From positions 665 to 64,664 of the forward strand of contig JBAUTG010000092.1 in NCBI GenBank assembly GCA_049582105.1: a stretch of DNA of 64,000 nt, written 5' to 3'. A model generated the notes under the pieces. That model was not told the origin of the DNA. It did not search any database and worked only from the letters and a program-made list of their open reading frames with translations. Source of the DNA: Candidatus Dormiibacterota bacterium. Its GTDB lineage: Bacteria; Chloroflexota; Dormibacteria; Aeolococcales; Aeolococcaceae. This document shows, piece by piece, positions 53,360 through 64,000 of this stretch. The translations under genes and the position numbers were made by a program. Numbering within the stretch: the first letter of the stretch is position 1; each line of letters starts with the position of its first letter.

Positions 53360-54445
53360 TCAGCCGCTTCCGACGAGCAGCTCGAGTGACCGCGTCGTCC
53401 CGTCGCGGTAGACCGTGAGCGCGACCTGCTGATCCGGCGCCAGTCCCAGGGTCGTGGGGTCGAAGGGATGAGTCGCGTCGATTGAGGTGGTGCCCACCGC
53501 CGTCACCACGTCCCCTGCGACGAGCCCCGCCTGGGCAGCCGGCCCACCAACCACGACCGAGAGGATGAGCGCGCCGACCGGCAGGCCCGCGGCCGCCGCC
53601 GTGGCGGGATCGATCACCTCGGAGTCCGCGCCGATGTTCGGCACCGCAGTGTTCCCGCCACCCGCGGTCGCGGTTGCCACCAGTTCCGACGCCGCGCTCA
53701 TCGAGAGGGCGACCACGCCGGGAGCCGCACCCGCGGCATCGACGACCACACCGATCACGTCGCCGTTGCCGTTGAGCAGCGGCGCACCGTCCTGTCGCGA
53801 ATCGGGCGTCGCATCAACGGTGAGCACATCGCGAATGACGGGCTCGTTGTCCATGAGCGTGATCGCCACGCCGACCGAGCTGATCGTCCCGGTACTCAGG
53901 GTCACCGGCGAGAACGGGGTGTGGGCGACTGCGATGGCGAGGTCGCCGACGCGTGGGGCGACCGTTGCGAAGGTGAGTGGCGTCAGGTTCTGTGCGCCGA
54001 CCGCCTGAAGCAGCACCATCCCGTGGGTCGGGTCGGCGCGGACGATCGTCGCCGGGTAGCTGTGGCCGCCGGCGGTGGCGATGCGGAGGGTCGCTGCACC
54101 CTGGATCGCATGGACGCTCGTGACGACCAGCCCGTTCGCTGAGACGACGAATCCGTTGACAATCCCGGTGGGTCCGGATAGCAGCGAGGTGGGCGTGACC
54201 GTCCTGGTGAGCACCTCGACGACAGAGGCCGACTTCGCCGACGCGATCGCGCCGGCCGTGAGGGTGTCGCCGTTGCCGCCGCCCGGGCCCACCACCGTCT
54301 GCTGAATGACGCGCTCAACGGGACCGAATCTCGCGTAGATGCCCCAGGCGGCAAGACCGCCGCCGATGAGGCCGATGACGGCGCTGAGCACCACCGCAGC
54401 GATCATGCGGTCGCGCGGCCGTGCCGGCCTGGCGGCCGTGGTCAT
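53360..54445 (-). CDS. Membrane-anchored HtrA-like protein with PDZ domain, probably catalytically inactive
   Basis: One TM then a trypsin-like region. The serine box reads DATPDSRQDGAPLL where GNSGGPL is expected; the His region (VVTSVHAI) is retained; a PDZ-like C-terminus is present. 4-nt overlap with the upstream MBL gene. Confidence 0.55.
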   Translation of the reverse strand: MTTAARPARPRDRMIAAVVLSAVIGLIGGGLAAWGIYARFGPVERVIQQTVVGPGGGNGDTLTAGAIASAKSASVVEVLTRTVTPTSLLSGPTGIVNGFVVSANGLVVTSVHAIQGAATLRIATAGGHSYPATIVRADPTHGMVLLQAVGAQNLTPLTFATVAPRVGDLAIAVAHTPFSPVTLSTGTISSVGVAITLMDNEPVIRDVLTVDATPDSRQDGAPLLNGNGDVIGVVVDAAGAAPGVVALSMSAASELVATATAGGGNTAVPNIGADSEVIDPATAAAAGLPVGALILSVVVGGPAAQAGLVAGDVVTAVGTTSIDATHPFDPTTLGLAPDQQVALTVYRDGTTRSLELLVGSG

Positions 54446-55380
54446 TCGGCGGGGGCCTGCGCCCTTCGGCTGAGGTACCGGACGATCCCGGCGGCGTTGC
54501 TGTGCACGCCGTTTAGGATCTCCGCCTTCTCGCGAGCGGCTTCGGACAATGCCTCGGGATCGAGGGCAAACGCCTCCGCGAGCGCCGCTGCGACGTCGTC
54601 GATCCCCGCTTCGGACGCCTCCTCCATCACCTTCTCGGCCACCCGCACCCATCGATGCAGCATCGCCTCCGCTTCGTCGAGCGTCGCGAGCGGGTCGGCG
54701 ACGGGGCCGTAGTGCGTCAGGACCAGGTGCTCCGGCCGCAGCTCCGCGAAGCGGCGAAGACTGTTCACCGCCTGCTCGAGATCGAAATCGGGAGGTGGCG
54801 TCGCCGGGCGGAGGACGCCGAGATCCGGCAGCAGGACCCCGACGGCATCACCGACGAGGAGCGTCCCCGTCTGCTCGTCGAGGACCGCGTGGTGGTGCTT
54901 GGCATGCCCCGGCGAGTCGACGAGCGTGAGGTGGCGGCCGTTGCCGACGTCCACCCGGAACCCGTCGCCCGCGGCGATGAGGCGATCCTCCGGAACCGCG
55001 GTCATCCGACCGTACACGCTGTCGAGGGCCGGGCCGTACACCCGCGACGCGCTGTCGATGAGCTTGGTGGGGTCGACGAGATGACGGGCGCCGCGCTCGT
55101 GCACGATCACCGTCGCAGCGGGGAAGTCCGCTGCGAGGTCGCCCACCGCGCCGGCATGGTCGAGGTGGATGTGCGTCACGATGATCCAGCGCAGATCCGC
55201 GGCTCCGAGCCCGAGCGCTGCGAGGGCCGCATGGACCGCGGGAACACTCGACTGTGAACCGGTCTCGACGAGCGCGGGCATCGGCCCGTCGATGAGGAAG
55301 CCCGCGGTGAGCTGGTCCATGCCACCGAGCAGGGTGTCGAGCTGACGTATCCCGGGGGCGATCTCGACCGTGTCGCTCAC
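54442..55380 (-). CDS. MBL-fold metallo-hydrolase
   Basis: THIHLDHAG (HxHxDH) motif; GTG start near 55380. Confidence 0.75.
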   Translation of the reverse strand: MSDTVEIAPGIRQLDTLLGGMDQLTAGFLIDGPMPALVETGSQSSVPAVHAALAALGLGAADLRWIIVTHIHLDHAGAVGDLAADFPAATVIVHERGARHLVDPTKLIDSASRVYGPALDSVYGRMTAVPEDRLIAAGDGFRVDVGNGRHLTLVDSPGHAKHHHAVLDEQTGTLLVGDAVGVLLPDLGVLRPATPPPDFDLEQAVNSLRRFAELRPEHLVLTHYGPVADPLATLDEAEAMLHRWVRVAEKVMEEASEAGIDDVAAALAEAFALDPEALSEAAREKAEILNGVHSNAAGIVRYLSRRAQAPAE

Positions 55381-55396
55381 TGCTTCTCGGCCCAGC

Positions 55397-58300
55397 CTAT
55401 GGAGCGGGAGTCGGAGACGCTGCGGCCTGCTGCGCGAGCAATGACTGCAACGTCTGCAGATCCTTCTGCACCTTGGCCTCGTCAACGCCGTACAGCGTGT
55501 AGTTGCCCGCCACGAGCGCAGCCTGCGCTGCGGCGTTGTCGGTCACGAGCTGCTTGTCGATCGCGATGATCTGCTGCTGCAGCGACCCTGTCGGTGTCGG
55601 GGTCGGCGTCGTGCCCGGGCTCGGGGTCGGGGCCGGGGATCCGGACGGCGACGGTGACGGCGTCGGCGGCGTGGTCACCCCTCCGGGGTTGTTGCTCAAG
55701 CCGGGGATGGGTTGGGTGGTGTTCAGCAGTGCCTGCAGCGCCAGGTTGAACGATGTCCCTTGCGCGATGCTCGTCTGTGTTCCGACGATGACCTCCTGCA
55801 GCTGGGGGAACGCGGTACCGCCGTTGGCGGCCGCCGTCACATAGAGGGGCCGGATGTACAGGAACGAGTCGTTGTTGAAGGGAAGGACGATGACGTTCCC
55901 CAACGTCACCGTCGAACCGTGCTGGCCCAGCAGGCTGATCTCCGAGCTGATCTGTGGATTGGTATTGATGTTGTTGTCGAACTGCAGAGGCCCGAGGACG
56001 TTGTCGGCATTGTTGAGGCGGACGGAAACGAGCTTGGGATCGTTCGTGCCCGTGTAGTCACATTCGGCGGCGAGCCACGCAGTCATGTTGTTCGCTGCAT
56101 TCCCGCTCCCGCTCGCGCCCGGAGAGAAGGTCTGCAGGAGCACGAACTGCGGGCTACTGGTGCCGGGCAGCGTCACCTCGACGTAATACGCGGTCGTCGC
56201 CTGGTTGCTCCCGTTGAGACTCTCCTGCGCGATGTTGAAGAGGTCGGCGCCCTGGAAGAACACCGAAGCATCGGTGATGTGCACCTGTGCGTAGGCCTGA
56301 GCCTGGTCGTTGAACAGGTCTTCGGGGTAACGGAGATGCGAGCGGAGATATTGCGACATCTGGCTGAGCGGCGTCAGCAGCCCCGGGTAGATGGCGTTCC
56401 ATGCCGCCGTGATCGGTTCGTTGAGGTTCACCGCGTAGAGCGTGATGCTGCATGTCTTCGCGTCGATGACCGCCTTCACCGCGTTGCGCATGTATGAGGT
56501 TCCGTCGTTCTGCTGGAACGAGTCGGGGAAGCGTGATGTCTTGACGTACGCGTCCGCGATCCACATGAGGTGGCCCGTGCCCGGGTCGACGACGATGTAC
56601 GGATCCCCATCGACGGTCAGGAACGGAGCCAGCGAGGTGATGCGGGTGCTGATCTCCCGGTTCACGAGCGCCCGGCTGTTCGCCGTGAGGGAGTTGTTGA
56701 GGAAGAGGTTGAAACCACCGAAGTCCTGCAACGAGATCGCGAGCTTGTCGATGGGGTTGGTGATCGGGATGCCGACCTGGCTGCCGTTGGCATGGACGGT
56801 GCTGTCACCGGCTCCCAGCGGGTAGTTGAACTCGGCCTGGGCCGTGCCGGAGACGACGTTCTGCGTCGTGGCCAGACCGCAGTAGATGCTCGGATCGGCC
56901 GTGGTCGAGTTGTCGAAGCTCAGGTCCGAAGGCGATCCCGCGGTGACCTGCGTCATCGGCTGCTGACCCACCAGCACCTCCGGCTTGCCTTCGCCGCCCA
57001 CGGCGTTCACCGAGACGGCGGTGACACCGTATCCATGCGTGAAGTTCAGCGACGTGTTCACGAACGAGGGGTTCGGAACGTCGTTCTCCGCGATCTCTCT
57101 CGGTCCGATCATGACCTCGACGTCACCGCCGGCCGCATTGGGGTACCGGTCGACGGTGATGGTTGAGTAGGTCTGATAGCTGCGACTTCGGTCGACCTGC
57201 GCGAGGGCGTCCTGCAGTTGCGTCGGATCCTGGATGCGGACGTTCTGCAGCGTGCCGAGGTCCGATTCGAGATCACTGAGCGTCGGCGCGTGGGGCGTGC
57301 CGAAGGTCCGACTCTCGACGTGCGGGTCCGTCCCGCTGCTCTCGATGTCCCAGGCATAGCGGCTCGTGTTCAGGTACGCGGAGATCGTCGACGTCTGCGC
57401 GGTCTGCTCATTCGGACCGACGCTCGTCGCCTGGTACACGGCTGCGGGAACGCCCTGGGTCAGGGCGGCGACCAGCAGCCAGCCGCCGAGCATCGACGCG
57501 AAGGCAATGGCCGTGCCGGTGGAGAGCCGCCTCCAGCGGACCACGAGGATGACCAGGGTGGCGATCGCGAGGACAAGCGCGAGGACCTGGAGGAACCCGA
57601 GGACCGGCTGGATAACCGCCCGTTGTGTGGCGTCCAGGCCGACGTAGGGGGTTCCATTCGCGGAGATCGTGTGCGAGCTCGTTGCGAGGTGGTAGACGCC
57701 GAAGTGGGCGCCGGCCGCCGCGAGCAGAAAGATCGCTGCGAGCCCGATCGCGCCGGTGATCACGGCGACGCGCAACGCGTCCTCCGGCGACCGGCCTGGC
57801 GGAGGCTCGAGCGGCAGTGGCAACTCCTCCGGCGCGTTCATCACCGTGATCGAGACGAACGCCATGACGATCGCCCCGAGCAGGCCGAGGATGACGCCCC
57901 CCCACAGCAATCCCATGAAGTCGTCGATGGCGGGAAGAGTGAAGACGAAGAACGAATAGTCGGCGTGGAAGACGGGGTCCGTGGCCCCGAAGGGCACCGA
58001 GTGCATCCAGACGAGGATGTCCTGCCACTCGCCAGAGAGGGTCGATCCGCCGACCACGCCTGCGAGCACCGCGATCACGCCGCCGCTCCAGAGCACGATC
58101 GAGCGCCCCCGCCGATCCAGGTTCGCTGCCGACATGGACCAACCGACAGCACTCGCCCCGACGAGGACAGCCACGATCGCGAACCCGATCAGGAACAGGA
58201 CGATATGCGCGATGAGCGGCGTCCAGAACACGTTCGTGTGGCCGACGCTCTGGTAATAGAGGTAGTCGGCGCGCAGGCCCAGGAGCCATCGCGCCACCAC

Positions 58301-58435
58301 CAGCAGGATGACGATCCCGACGATGACGCTGATCAGCACGATCCGCCGCCGAAGCTGTCCGGGCGGCCTCACGATCCGTGGGCGGGATCGCCTGCGCGCG
58401 AACAGCTGCTCGGGATCGAAGCCGAAGGCGCTCAT
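55397..58435 (-). CDS. UPF0182-family large membrane protein (~1000 aa), PT-rich linker near the C-terminus
   Basis: N-terminal ~7 TM block followed by a large extracytoplasmic domain; size and architecture of UPF0182. Confidence 0.8.
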   Translation of the reverse strand: MSAFGFDPEQLFARRRSRPRIVRPPGQLRRRIVLISVIVGIVILLVVARWLLGLRADYLYYQSVGHTNVFWTPLIAHIVLFLIGFAIVAVLVGASAVGWSMSAANLDRRGRSIVLWSGGVIAVLAGVVGGSTLSGEWQDILVWMHSVPFGATDPVFHADYSFFVFTLPAIDDFMGLLWGGVILGLLGAIVMAFVSITVMNAPEELPLPLEPPPGRSPEDALRVAVITGAIGLAAIFLLAAAGAHFGVYHLATSSHTISANGTPYVGLDATQRAVIQPVLGFLQVLALVLAIATLVILVVRWRRLSTGTAIAFASMLGGWLLVAALTQGVPAAVYQATSVGPNEQTAQTSTISAYLNTSRYAWDIESSGTDPHVESRTFGTPHAPTLSDLESDLGTLQNVRIQDPTQLQDALAQVDRSRSYQTYSTITVDRYPNAAGGDVEVMIGPREIAENDVPNPSFVNTSLNFTHGYGVTAVSVNAVGGEGKPEVLVGQQPMTQVTAGSPSDLSFDNSTTADPSIYCGLATTQNVVSGTAQAEFNYPLGAGDSTVHANGSQVGIPITNPIDKLAISLQDFGGFNLFLNNSLTANSRALVNREISTRITSLAPFLTVDGDPYIVVDPGTGHLMWIADAYVKTSRFPDSFQQNDGTSYMRNAVKAVIDAKTCSITLYAVNLNEPITAAWNAIYPGLLTPLSQMSQYLRSHLRYPEDLFNDQAQAYAQVHITDASVFFQGADLFNIAQESLNGSNQATTAYYVEVTLPGTSSPQFVLLQTFSPGASGSGNAANNMTAWLAAECDYTGTNDPKLVSVRLNNADNVLGPLQFDNNINTNPQISSEISLLGQHGSTVTLGNVIVLPFNNDSFLYIRPLYVTAAANGGTAFPQLQEVIVGTQTSIAQGTSFNLALQALLNTTQPIPGLSNNPGGVTTPPTPSPSPSGSPAPTPSPGTTPTPTPTGSLQQQIIAIDKQLVTDNAAAQAALVAGNYTLYGVDEAKVQKDLQTLQSLLAQQAAASPTPAP

Positions 58436-58480
58436 GGACTCACCGAGTGTACAAGCGGAGTGTCAGCCCGCCGTTCGGGA

Positions 58481-58774
58481 TCAGCGACGTTGGAGGAGAA
58501 GCCGAACGTCGAACGGGTCGCGCCGGCGGCGAACCCTGCGGGAAACCTCGGGGCGGATCTGCACCATGTACGGCTCCTGCTGGCGCAGCACCTCCTCGAT
58601 GGCGTCGGCGATGAGCATCCCCGGATGGACCGTCGGGACCCGCTCGCTGAGGGCCTCCGCCATGCGATCCGTGACCTCGGTCAGATTGAGCTCATGGGCC
58701 TGCTCGAGTACGTCGAGGCAGTCGTCGAGCCGGCGCAACCGGAGGCGACGGTCCTCGCCATCCATGGATGTCAT
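58481..58774 (-). CDS. Hypothetical small protein (97 aa)
   Basis: Only the ORF is seen; acidic N-terminus and basic C-terminus; no family recognised. Confidence 0.35.
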   Translation of the reverse strand: MTSMDGEDRRLRLRRLDDCLDVLEQAHELNLTEVTDRMAEALSERVPTVHPGMLIADAIEEVLRQQEPYMVQIRPEVSRRVRRRRDPFDVRLLLQRR

Positions 58775-58818
58775 CGTGCGTCCACGTTAGCGCACAACCG
58801 GCGCAAAGGGACGCGGGA

Positions 58819-61737
58819 TCAGGGTGAGACGGGGACGCGCCGGCGCGGGCGGGCAGATGCCGCCCGAGTCCCGGTGACGCGAGCCGCCTCGTGCCGAGGG
58901 GGCGGCAGCGTGCGGCCGAGGTACTCGCCGGTTGCGCTGCGCGGGTTCGCAGCGACCTCTTCCGGCGTGCCCGCCGCGACGATCTCGCCACCGGCGTCCC
59001 CGCCTCCGGGTCCGAGATCGATGATGTGGTCCGCCGTCTTGAGGACGTCGAGGTTGTGCTCGATGACGATCACGGTGTTTCCGGCGTCGACGAGGCGGTG
59101 CAGGACGCTGAGCAGCTTCTCGACATCCGCGAAGTGGAGCCCGGTCGTCGGCTCATCGAGGATGTAGAGCGTGCTCCCCGTATCGCGACGAGAGAGCTCC
59201 GTGCTGAGCTTCACGCGCTGCGCCTCGCCACCGCTCAACTGCGTTGCCGGCTGGCCGAGGCGGATGTAGCCGAGTCCGACATCCTGCAGCGTCCGCATCC
59301 GTCGGAGGATTCGCGGTTGATTCTCAAACAGGACGGCCGCTTCATCGACCGTCATCTCGAGCACGTCGGCGATGCTCTTGCCGCGGAACTTCACCTCGAG
59401 CGCCTCGCGGTTGTAGCGGCGTCCCTTGCACACCTCGCATGGGACGTAGATGTCCGGGAGGAAGTGCATCTCGATCTTGATCATCCCGTCGCCCGCACAC
59501 GCCTCACAACGGCCGCCCGAAACGTTGAAGGAGAAACGCCCCGGCTTGTAGCCGCGGATCTTCGCCTCGGGCAGCCTCGCGTACAGGTCGCGGATGTCCG
59601 TGAACACCCCCACATACGTGGCCGGGTTGCTGCGTGGGGTGCGGCCGATCGGCGACTGATCGACGTCGATCACCTTGTCGATCAGCCCGATGCCCTCGAC
59701 GCGGTCATGCAGCCCCGGACGGTGCTTCGCCCGGTACAGCGACTGCGCGAGCTTCCGGTACAGGATGTCGTTGACCAGCGTGCTCTTGCCGCTGCCGCTC
59801 ACGCCGGCGACGCAGATGAAGGCTCCGAGCGGAAAGGCCACGTCGACGTTGCGCAGGTTGTTGGCGCGCGCGCCGCGCACGACGAGCTTCTTCCCCGAGA
59901 TCGGCCGCCGGATCAGCGGCAGCGGGATGCTGCGCTCGCCGCGCAGGAACTGACCCGTGATGCTCTCAGGTGTCGCGAGCACGTCTTCGACCGTCCCGGA
60001 CGCCATGACGAATCCGCCATGCTCACCTGCGCCGGGGCCGACGTCGACCACCCAGTCCGCGGCGCGGATGGTCTCCTCGTCGTGCTCGACGACGATCAGC
60101 GTGTTGCCGATGTCGCGGAGCGCGATCAGCGTCCGGATCAACTTGTGGTTGTCGCGCTGATGCAGCCCGATCGACGGCTCATCGAGGATGTAGAGGACGC
60201 CCATCAGCTTGCTGCCGATCTGGGTCGCGAGCCGGATGCGCTGCGCCTCACCACCGGAGAGGGTCGCCGCGCCGCGGTCGATGGTGATGTAGTCGAGCCC
60301 GACGTCATGCAGGAAACCGAGACGCTCTTTGATCTCCTTGATGACCTGACGCGCGATCGTCTGCTCGCGCTCGCTCAGCCGCAGAGTGTCCAGCTTGAGC
60401 AACGCCGCGGCGATGCTGTGCTTGCAGAACTCCGCGATGTTCATGCCGTCGATCGTCACCGCAAGGTACTCGGGCTTCAGCCGCGCGCCGTTGCAGGTCG
60501 GGCACGCCTTCTGCATCATCAGGCGCTCGATCTCCTGCTTCACCCAGTCCGACTCGGTCTCGCGATAGCGACGCTGCAGGTTGTTGATGACGCCTTCGTA
60601 GCCGGCATCGAAGCTGCGCGAATGGCCGCTGTGCGAGACGTAGCGCATGCGCACCGTCTCGTCCTTCGGAAGACCGTACAGGATCACGTTGCGTTCTTTC
60701 GGATCAAGATCGCTCCAGGCGACGTCGAGCGGGATCTTGAAGCGCTTGCAGACGGTCTCGAGCACCTCCATCATCCAGTGCTGCGACGGTCCGCGCGTCC
60801 ATCCGGAGAGCGCCCCCTCGTCAATGCTCAGGGACGGATCAGGGACGACTGCGTCGGGATCGACCTCGAGCCGCACGCCGAGCCCCGTGCATACGGGACA
60901 CGCACCATGCGGATTGTTGAAGGAGAAGTTGCGCGGCGCCGGCTCCTCCATCGAGATCCCGCAGTACACGCACGCGTAATCCTCGGAGAAGAGCATCTCC
61001 GTCATGCCGCTCTCGGGGTCGGCGGGGATGAGCAGGATGAGGCCGTCACTCAGCTTCGATGCCTGTTCCAGGGACTCGTTGAGCCTTGAACGCAGCTCCG
61101 GCCCGATGATGACGCGGTCGACGACGACCTCGACATCGTGCTTGAACTTCTTGTCGAGCGTGATCGGATCTGACAGATCATGGAGTTCGCCGTCGACTCT
61201 CACGCGCACGTAGCCGAGCCGTTTCGCCTCATCGAAGACGTCGCGATGCTCGCCTTTGCGGCCCTGCACCATCGGCGCCGAGATGAGGAGTCGCGTTCCT
61301 TCCGGGAGCAGCAGCACCTGATCGGCGATCTGCTCGATGGACTGCTTGCTGATCTCGCGACCACACTTCGGACAGTGGGGGTGGCCGATTCGCGCGTACA
61401 TCAGGCGCAGGTAGTCGTAGATCTCCGTCACGGTGCCGACCGTGGAGCGCGGGTTCTTGCTCGTTCCCTTCTGATCGATGGAGATCGCCGGGCTCAGGCC
61501 TTCGATGTGATCGACGTCGGGCTTCTCCATCTGGCCGAGGAACTGACGCGCATACGCGCTCAGAGACTCGACGTACCGTCGCTGTCCTTCCGCATACACG
61601 GTGTCGAACGCGAGCGACGACTTCCCGCTGCCCGACAGACCCGTGATCACGATGAGCTTGTCGCGCGGCAGCGTCAGGTCGATGTTCTTGAGGTTGTGTT
61701 CGCGCGCGCCGCGAATGACGATCTGATCGTTGGGCAT
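58819..61737 (-). CDS. uvrA: Excinuclease ABC subunit A
   Basis: [22 protein letters not shown]-terminus, two ABC ATPase modules and zinc fingers; the table ORF carries a 29-aa upstream artefact. Confidence 0.97.
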   Translation of the reverse strand: MPNDQIVIRGAREHNLKNIDLTLPRDKLIVITGLSGSGKSSLAFDTVYAEGQRRYVESLSAYARQFLGQMEKPDVDHIEGLSPAISIDQKGTSKNPRSTVGTVTEIYDYLRLMYARIGHPHCPKCGREISKQSIEQIADQVLLLPEGTRLLISAPMVQGRKGEHRDVFDEAKRLGYVRVRVDGELHDLSDPITLDKKFKHDVEVVVDRVIIGPELRSRLNESLEQASKLSDGLILLIPADPESGMTEMLFSEDYACVYCGISMEEPAPRNFSFNNPHGACPVCTGLGVRLEVDPDAVVPDPSLSIDEGALSGWTRGPSQHWMMEVLETVCKRFKIPLDVAWSDLDPKERNVILYGLPKDETVRMRYVSHSGHSRSFDAGYEGVINNLQRRYRETESDWVKQEIERLMMQKACPTCNGARLKPEYLAVTIDGMNIAEFCKHSIAAALLKLDTLRLSEREQTIARQVIKEIKERLGFLHDVGLDYITIDRGAATLSGGEAQRIRLATQIGSKLMGVLYILDEPSIGLHQRDNHKLIRTLIALRDIGNTLIVVEHDEETIRAADWVVDVGPGAGEHGGFVMASGTVEDVLATPESITGQFLRGERSIPLPLIRRPISGKKLVVRGARANNLRNVDVAFPLGAFICVAGVSGSGKSTLVNDILYRKLAQSLYRAKHRPGLHDRVEGIGLIDKVIDVDQSPIGRTPRSNPATYVGVFTDIRDLYARLPEAKIRGYKPGRFSFNVSGGRCEACAGDGMIKIEMHFLPDIYVPCEVCKGRRYNREALEVKFRGKSIADVLEMTVDEAAVLFENQPRILRRMRTLQDVGLGYIRLGQPATQLSGGEAQRVKLSTELSRRDTGSTLYILDEPTTGLHFADVEKLLSVLHRLVDAGNTVIVIEHNLDVLKTADHIIDLGPGGGDAGGEIVAAGTPEEVAANPRSATGEYLGRTLPPPRHEAARVTGTRAASARPRRRVPVSP

Positions 61738-61821
61738 TGACCGTCTAGCGTACCCAAGTGGTGTCGATGACCAACCTGCACCTTCGGGATCTGAGACGCA
61801 AGCCATGGCGAGCAAGCATAG

Positions 61822-61836
61822 CAAACATATGTTCGT
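61822..61836. promoter_or_regulatory. Candidate LexA (SOS/Cheo-type) box upstream of uvrA
   Basis: AAACATATGTTCG contains the perfect palindrome AACATATGTT and fits GAAC-N4-GTTC with one mismatch, ~85-100 nt upstream of the uvrA start. Confidence 0.4.
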
Positions 61837-62075
61837 CTCGTGGAATGGGCCGGCCGGTACGCCAAGGCCCTATGGCTGCGGTTGAAGGCATCCGACTCCG
61901 TCACGCACTGCCGGATGGCCGAGCACACGTATCCCGGGGGTATCGAGGCGCTACGCCACGTGACGAACGAACTGCCGACGCCGGCGATCAATCCCGCGCC
62001 GACAGCGAGGTGGCCGATCGATGATGGCTTGCCCGCAACGTTCAGAGACAATCTCACCCTCCTGTCGGGTGGAGA

Positions 62076-64000
62076 TCACTCCGTGGGCGGCGCGCTCGGA
62101 GGTCCGGCCGCGGCGCCGGCGACCGCTTCGGCCTTTTCCTTCTTCTCGCGGCGGACGCCCTTGGGCACGAGGCGCATCGTGACCTCGCCCTCGACGACCT
62201 CGACGATGACCTGGTCACCTGGACCGTGCTTGAGGCGGAGCAACTCCTCGCTGAGCGGATCCTCGATGACGCGCTGGATCACCCTTCGGAGTGGCCGCGC
62301 CCCATAGATCTTGTCGAATCCCTCTGCGACGAGCATCTCCTTCGCATCGTCGGCGACGGTGAACACGAGCTCCTGCGCCGCCAGGTGCACTGCAACCTTG
62401 GCGAGCATCAGGTCGACGATCTGGCGCATCTGCTGATGGTCGAGGCGCTGGAACACCACGACCGCATCGACGCGGTTGAGGAATTCCGGCCGGAATTGCT
62501 TCTTGAGCTCGTCCATGATGCTGTCGCGCATCTTCCCGTGCTCCGACGACGACGCCCGCTCGTCCGGCACGGCCGGTTGGAAGCCCAGCGACATATTCAG
62601 CTTGAGACCGTGGACACCGAGGTTGCTGGTCATGATGATGATCGTGTTGCTGAAGTTGACGGCCTTGCCCTTGGCATCGCTCAGCCTGCCGTCCTCGAGG
62701 ATCTGCAACAGCATGTTGAAGACCTCGGGATGCGCCTTCTCGATCTCGTCGAACAGCACCACCGAGTAGGGGCGGCGCCGAACGGCTTCAGTCAGCTGAC
62801 CACCCTCGTCATAGCCGACGTACCCGGGAGGCGACCCGACCAGTCGCGCGGTCGAATGACGCTCCATGAACTCGCTCATGTCGAGCCGGATGATCGCGTC
62901 CTCGTTGTCGAAGAGGAACGCCGCGAGCGCGCGCGAGAGCTCGGTCTTGCCGACACCGGTCGGGCCGAGGAACATGAACGAACCGATCGGCCGCTTGGCG
63001 TCCTTGAGCCCCGCGCGTGCACGGCGCACCGCCTGCGAGATGACCTTGACCGCTTCGTCCTGACCGACGATCCGCTTGTGGATCTCTTCCTCCATGCGCA
63101 GGAGGCGCGAGGTCTCCTCTTCGACAAGCCGCGACACGGGAACGCCCGTCCATGACGAGATGATCTCGGCGATGTGCTCCTCGGTGACTTCCGGGATGTT
63201 CGCGCCGAGCTCGTCACGCCACTTGGTCTCCTGGGAGACGTACTTGTCCTTGAGCTTCTTTTCCTTGTCGCGGAAGTTCGCAGCGGTCTCGTAGTCCTGG
63301 GCGGCGATCGCCTCTTCCTTCTGCGTCTGGAGCTCGCGAATCTCGCGCTGCATCGCACGAAGATCGTCGGGCGTCGTCGTGAGCTTCATGCGCACACGCG
63401 CGCTCGCCTCATCGATGAGGTCGATCGCCTTGTCCGGCAGTGAGCGGTCGCTGACGTAACGCACTGACAACTCGGCGGCGGCCTTGAGCGCGTCGTCGGT
63501 GATGGTGACCCGATGGTGCTTGTCGTAGAGCGGACGGATGCCGTGCAGGATCTCGATGGTCTCCGCGAGCGACGGCTCGTCGACGAACACCGGTTGGAAG
63601 CGACGCTCGAGGGCGGCGTCCTTCTCGATGTACTTGCGGTACTCGTTGAGCGTCGTCGCACCGATGCACTGAATCTCACCGCGCGCGAGCGCGGGCTTGA
63701 GAATGTTGGCGGCGTCGATGGCGCCCTCCGCGGCGCCGGCGCCGACCAGCGTGTGCAACTCGTCGATGAACAGGATGACCTCACGCGACGCGCGGATCTC
63801 GTCAAGGATCTTCTTCAAGCGCTCCTCGAACTCGCCGCGGTACTTGGTGCCGGCGACGAGCGCGCCCATGTCGAGGGTGAGCACGCGCTTGCCCATCAAT
63901 GACTCGGGGATGTTGCCGAGGATGATCTGCTGCGCAAGCCCTTCGGCGATCGCCGTCTTGCCAACGCCGGGCTCGCCGATGAGCGCGGGGTTGTTCTTGG
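62076..64000 (-). CDS. clpC: ATP-dependent Clp protease ATP-binding subunit ClpC, 3' portion; N-terminal part lies beyond the window
   Basis: D1 Walker A continues off the window edge ([16 protein letters not shown]); UVR motif between D1 and D2; D2 Walker [10 protein letters not shown]; sensor and C-terminal domain. Confidence 0.9.
   Translation of the reverse strand, partial: KNNPALIGEPGVGKTAIAEGLAQQIILGNIPESLMGKRVLTLDMGALVAGTKYRGEFEERLKKILDEIRASREVILFIDELHTLVGAGAAEGAIDAANILKPALARGEIQCIGATTLNEYRKYIEKDAALERRFQPVFVDEPSLAETIEILHGIRPLYDKHHRVTITDDALKAAAELSVRYVSDRSLPDKAIDLIDEASARVRMKLTTTPDDLRAMQREIRELQTQKEEAIAAQDYETAANFRDKEKKLKDKYVSQETKWRDELGANIPEVTEEHIAEIISSWTGVPVSRLVEEETSRLLRMEEEIHKRIVGQDEAVKVISQAVRRARAGLKDAKRPIGSFMFLGPTGVGKTELSRALAAFLFDNEDAIIRLDMSEFMERHSTARLVGSPPGYVGYDEGGQLTEAVRRRPYSVVLFDEIEKAHPEVFNMLLQILEDGRLSDAKGKAVNFSNTIIIMTSNLGVHGLKLNMSLGFQPAVPDERASSSEHGKMRDSIMDELKKQFRPEFLNRVDAVVVFQRLDHQQMRQIVDLMLAKVAVHLAAQELVFTVADDAKEMLVAEGFDKIYGARPLRRVIQRVIEDPLSEELLRLKHGPGDQVIVEVVEGEVTMRLVPKGVRREKKEKAEAVAGAAAGPPSAPPTE

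Noticed and set aside
57218-61089. Plus-strand ORFs 57218-59167 and 58891-61089
   Set aside because: Antisense to UPF0182 and uvrA.
61674-62057. 127-aa minus-strand ORF in the uvrA leader (and 88-aa and 155-aa plus-strand ORFs there)
   Set aside because: Not called as a protein gene: overlaps the uvrA start and the putative LexA box, codon usage degrades toward rare AGA/CGA/ACA/TAT codons, and no homology is recognised. Retained only as a possible short leader peptide in the findings.

Overview
High-GC (about 70%) bacterial chromosome segment, almost entirely coding and almost entirely on the minus strand. No tRNA, rRNA, CRISPR array or obvious mobile element was found. The gene order matches two conserved actinobacterial housekeeping neighbourhoods: alr/groES-groEL/tsaD-rimI-tsaB-tsaE, and wecA/atpBEFHAGDC/glyA-tsaC-prmC-prfA-rpmE. 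Several features are more typical of Firmicutes than of classical high-GC Actinobacteria: a cdaA-cdaR-glmS c-di-AMP module, DUF1385 between rpmE and prfA, a coiled-coil+CHAP (PcsB-like) hydrolase, and a fakB(degV)/plsY pair. A deep-branching actinobacterial lineage is a plausible source, but that is inference. Recognisable genes in window order: alr (partial CN-hydrolase just downstream), an AsnB-CofE-like fusion, groEL/groES with a CIRCE operator, efeU-like FTR1 iron permease with an IdeR-like iron box and adjacent DtxR/IdeR regulator, tsaD, rimI, a frameshifted response-regulator remnant, tsaB, tsaE, thiL, the CHAP hydrolase, an AcpS-NnrD fusion, glmS, cdaR, cdaA, an argF-like transcarbamylase, a GT9 glycosyltransferase, mreB, murA, class I fbaB, a DinB/DUF664 protein, an APH phosphotransferase + acyl-CoA dehydrogenase pair, the full F1Fo ATP synthase operon with atpI-like and a small unlisted atpZ-like ORF, wecA, glyA, tsaC, prmC, prfA, DUF1385, rpmE, a radical-SAM protein with a long N-terminal extension, an alpha/beta hydrolase, lipoproteins, two HtrA-like proteins (one apparently catalytically dead), UPF0104, fakB/degV, plsY, a PatA/LpxL-like acyltransferase, glpX, pyrG, two MBL-fold hydrolases, the large UPF0182 membrane protein, uvrA with a candidate SOS box, and the 3' part of clpC. 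The most unusual items are the AsnB-CofE-like fusion translationally coupled to alr and a nitrilase-family gene, the AcpS-NnrD fusion, the iron-regulated efeU-ideR insertion between groES and tsaD, the response-regulator pseudogene inside the tsa operon, the argF-like gene coupled to cdaA, the radical-SAM protein, and the degenerate HtrA paralogue. Many long plus-strand ORFs in the supplied track lie antisense to well-recognised genes and are treated as high-GC artefacts. The displayed sequence numbering and the ORF-table coordinates occasionally disagree by 1 nt, so positions of small sites are plus or minus 1-2 nt.
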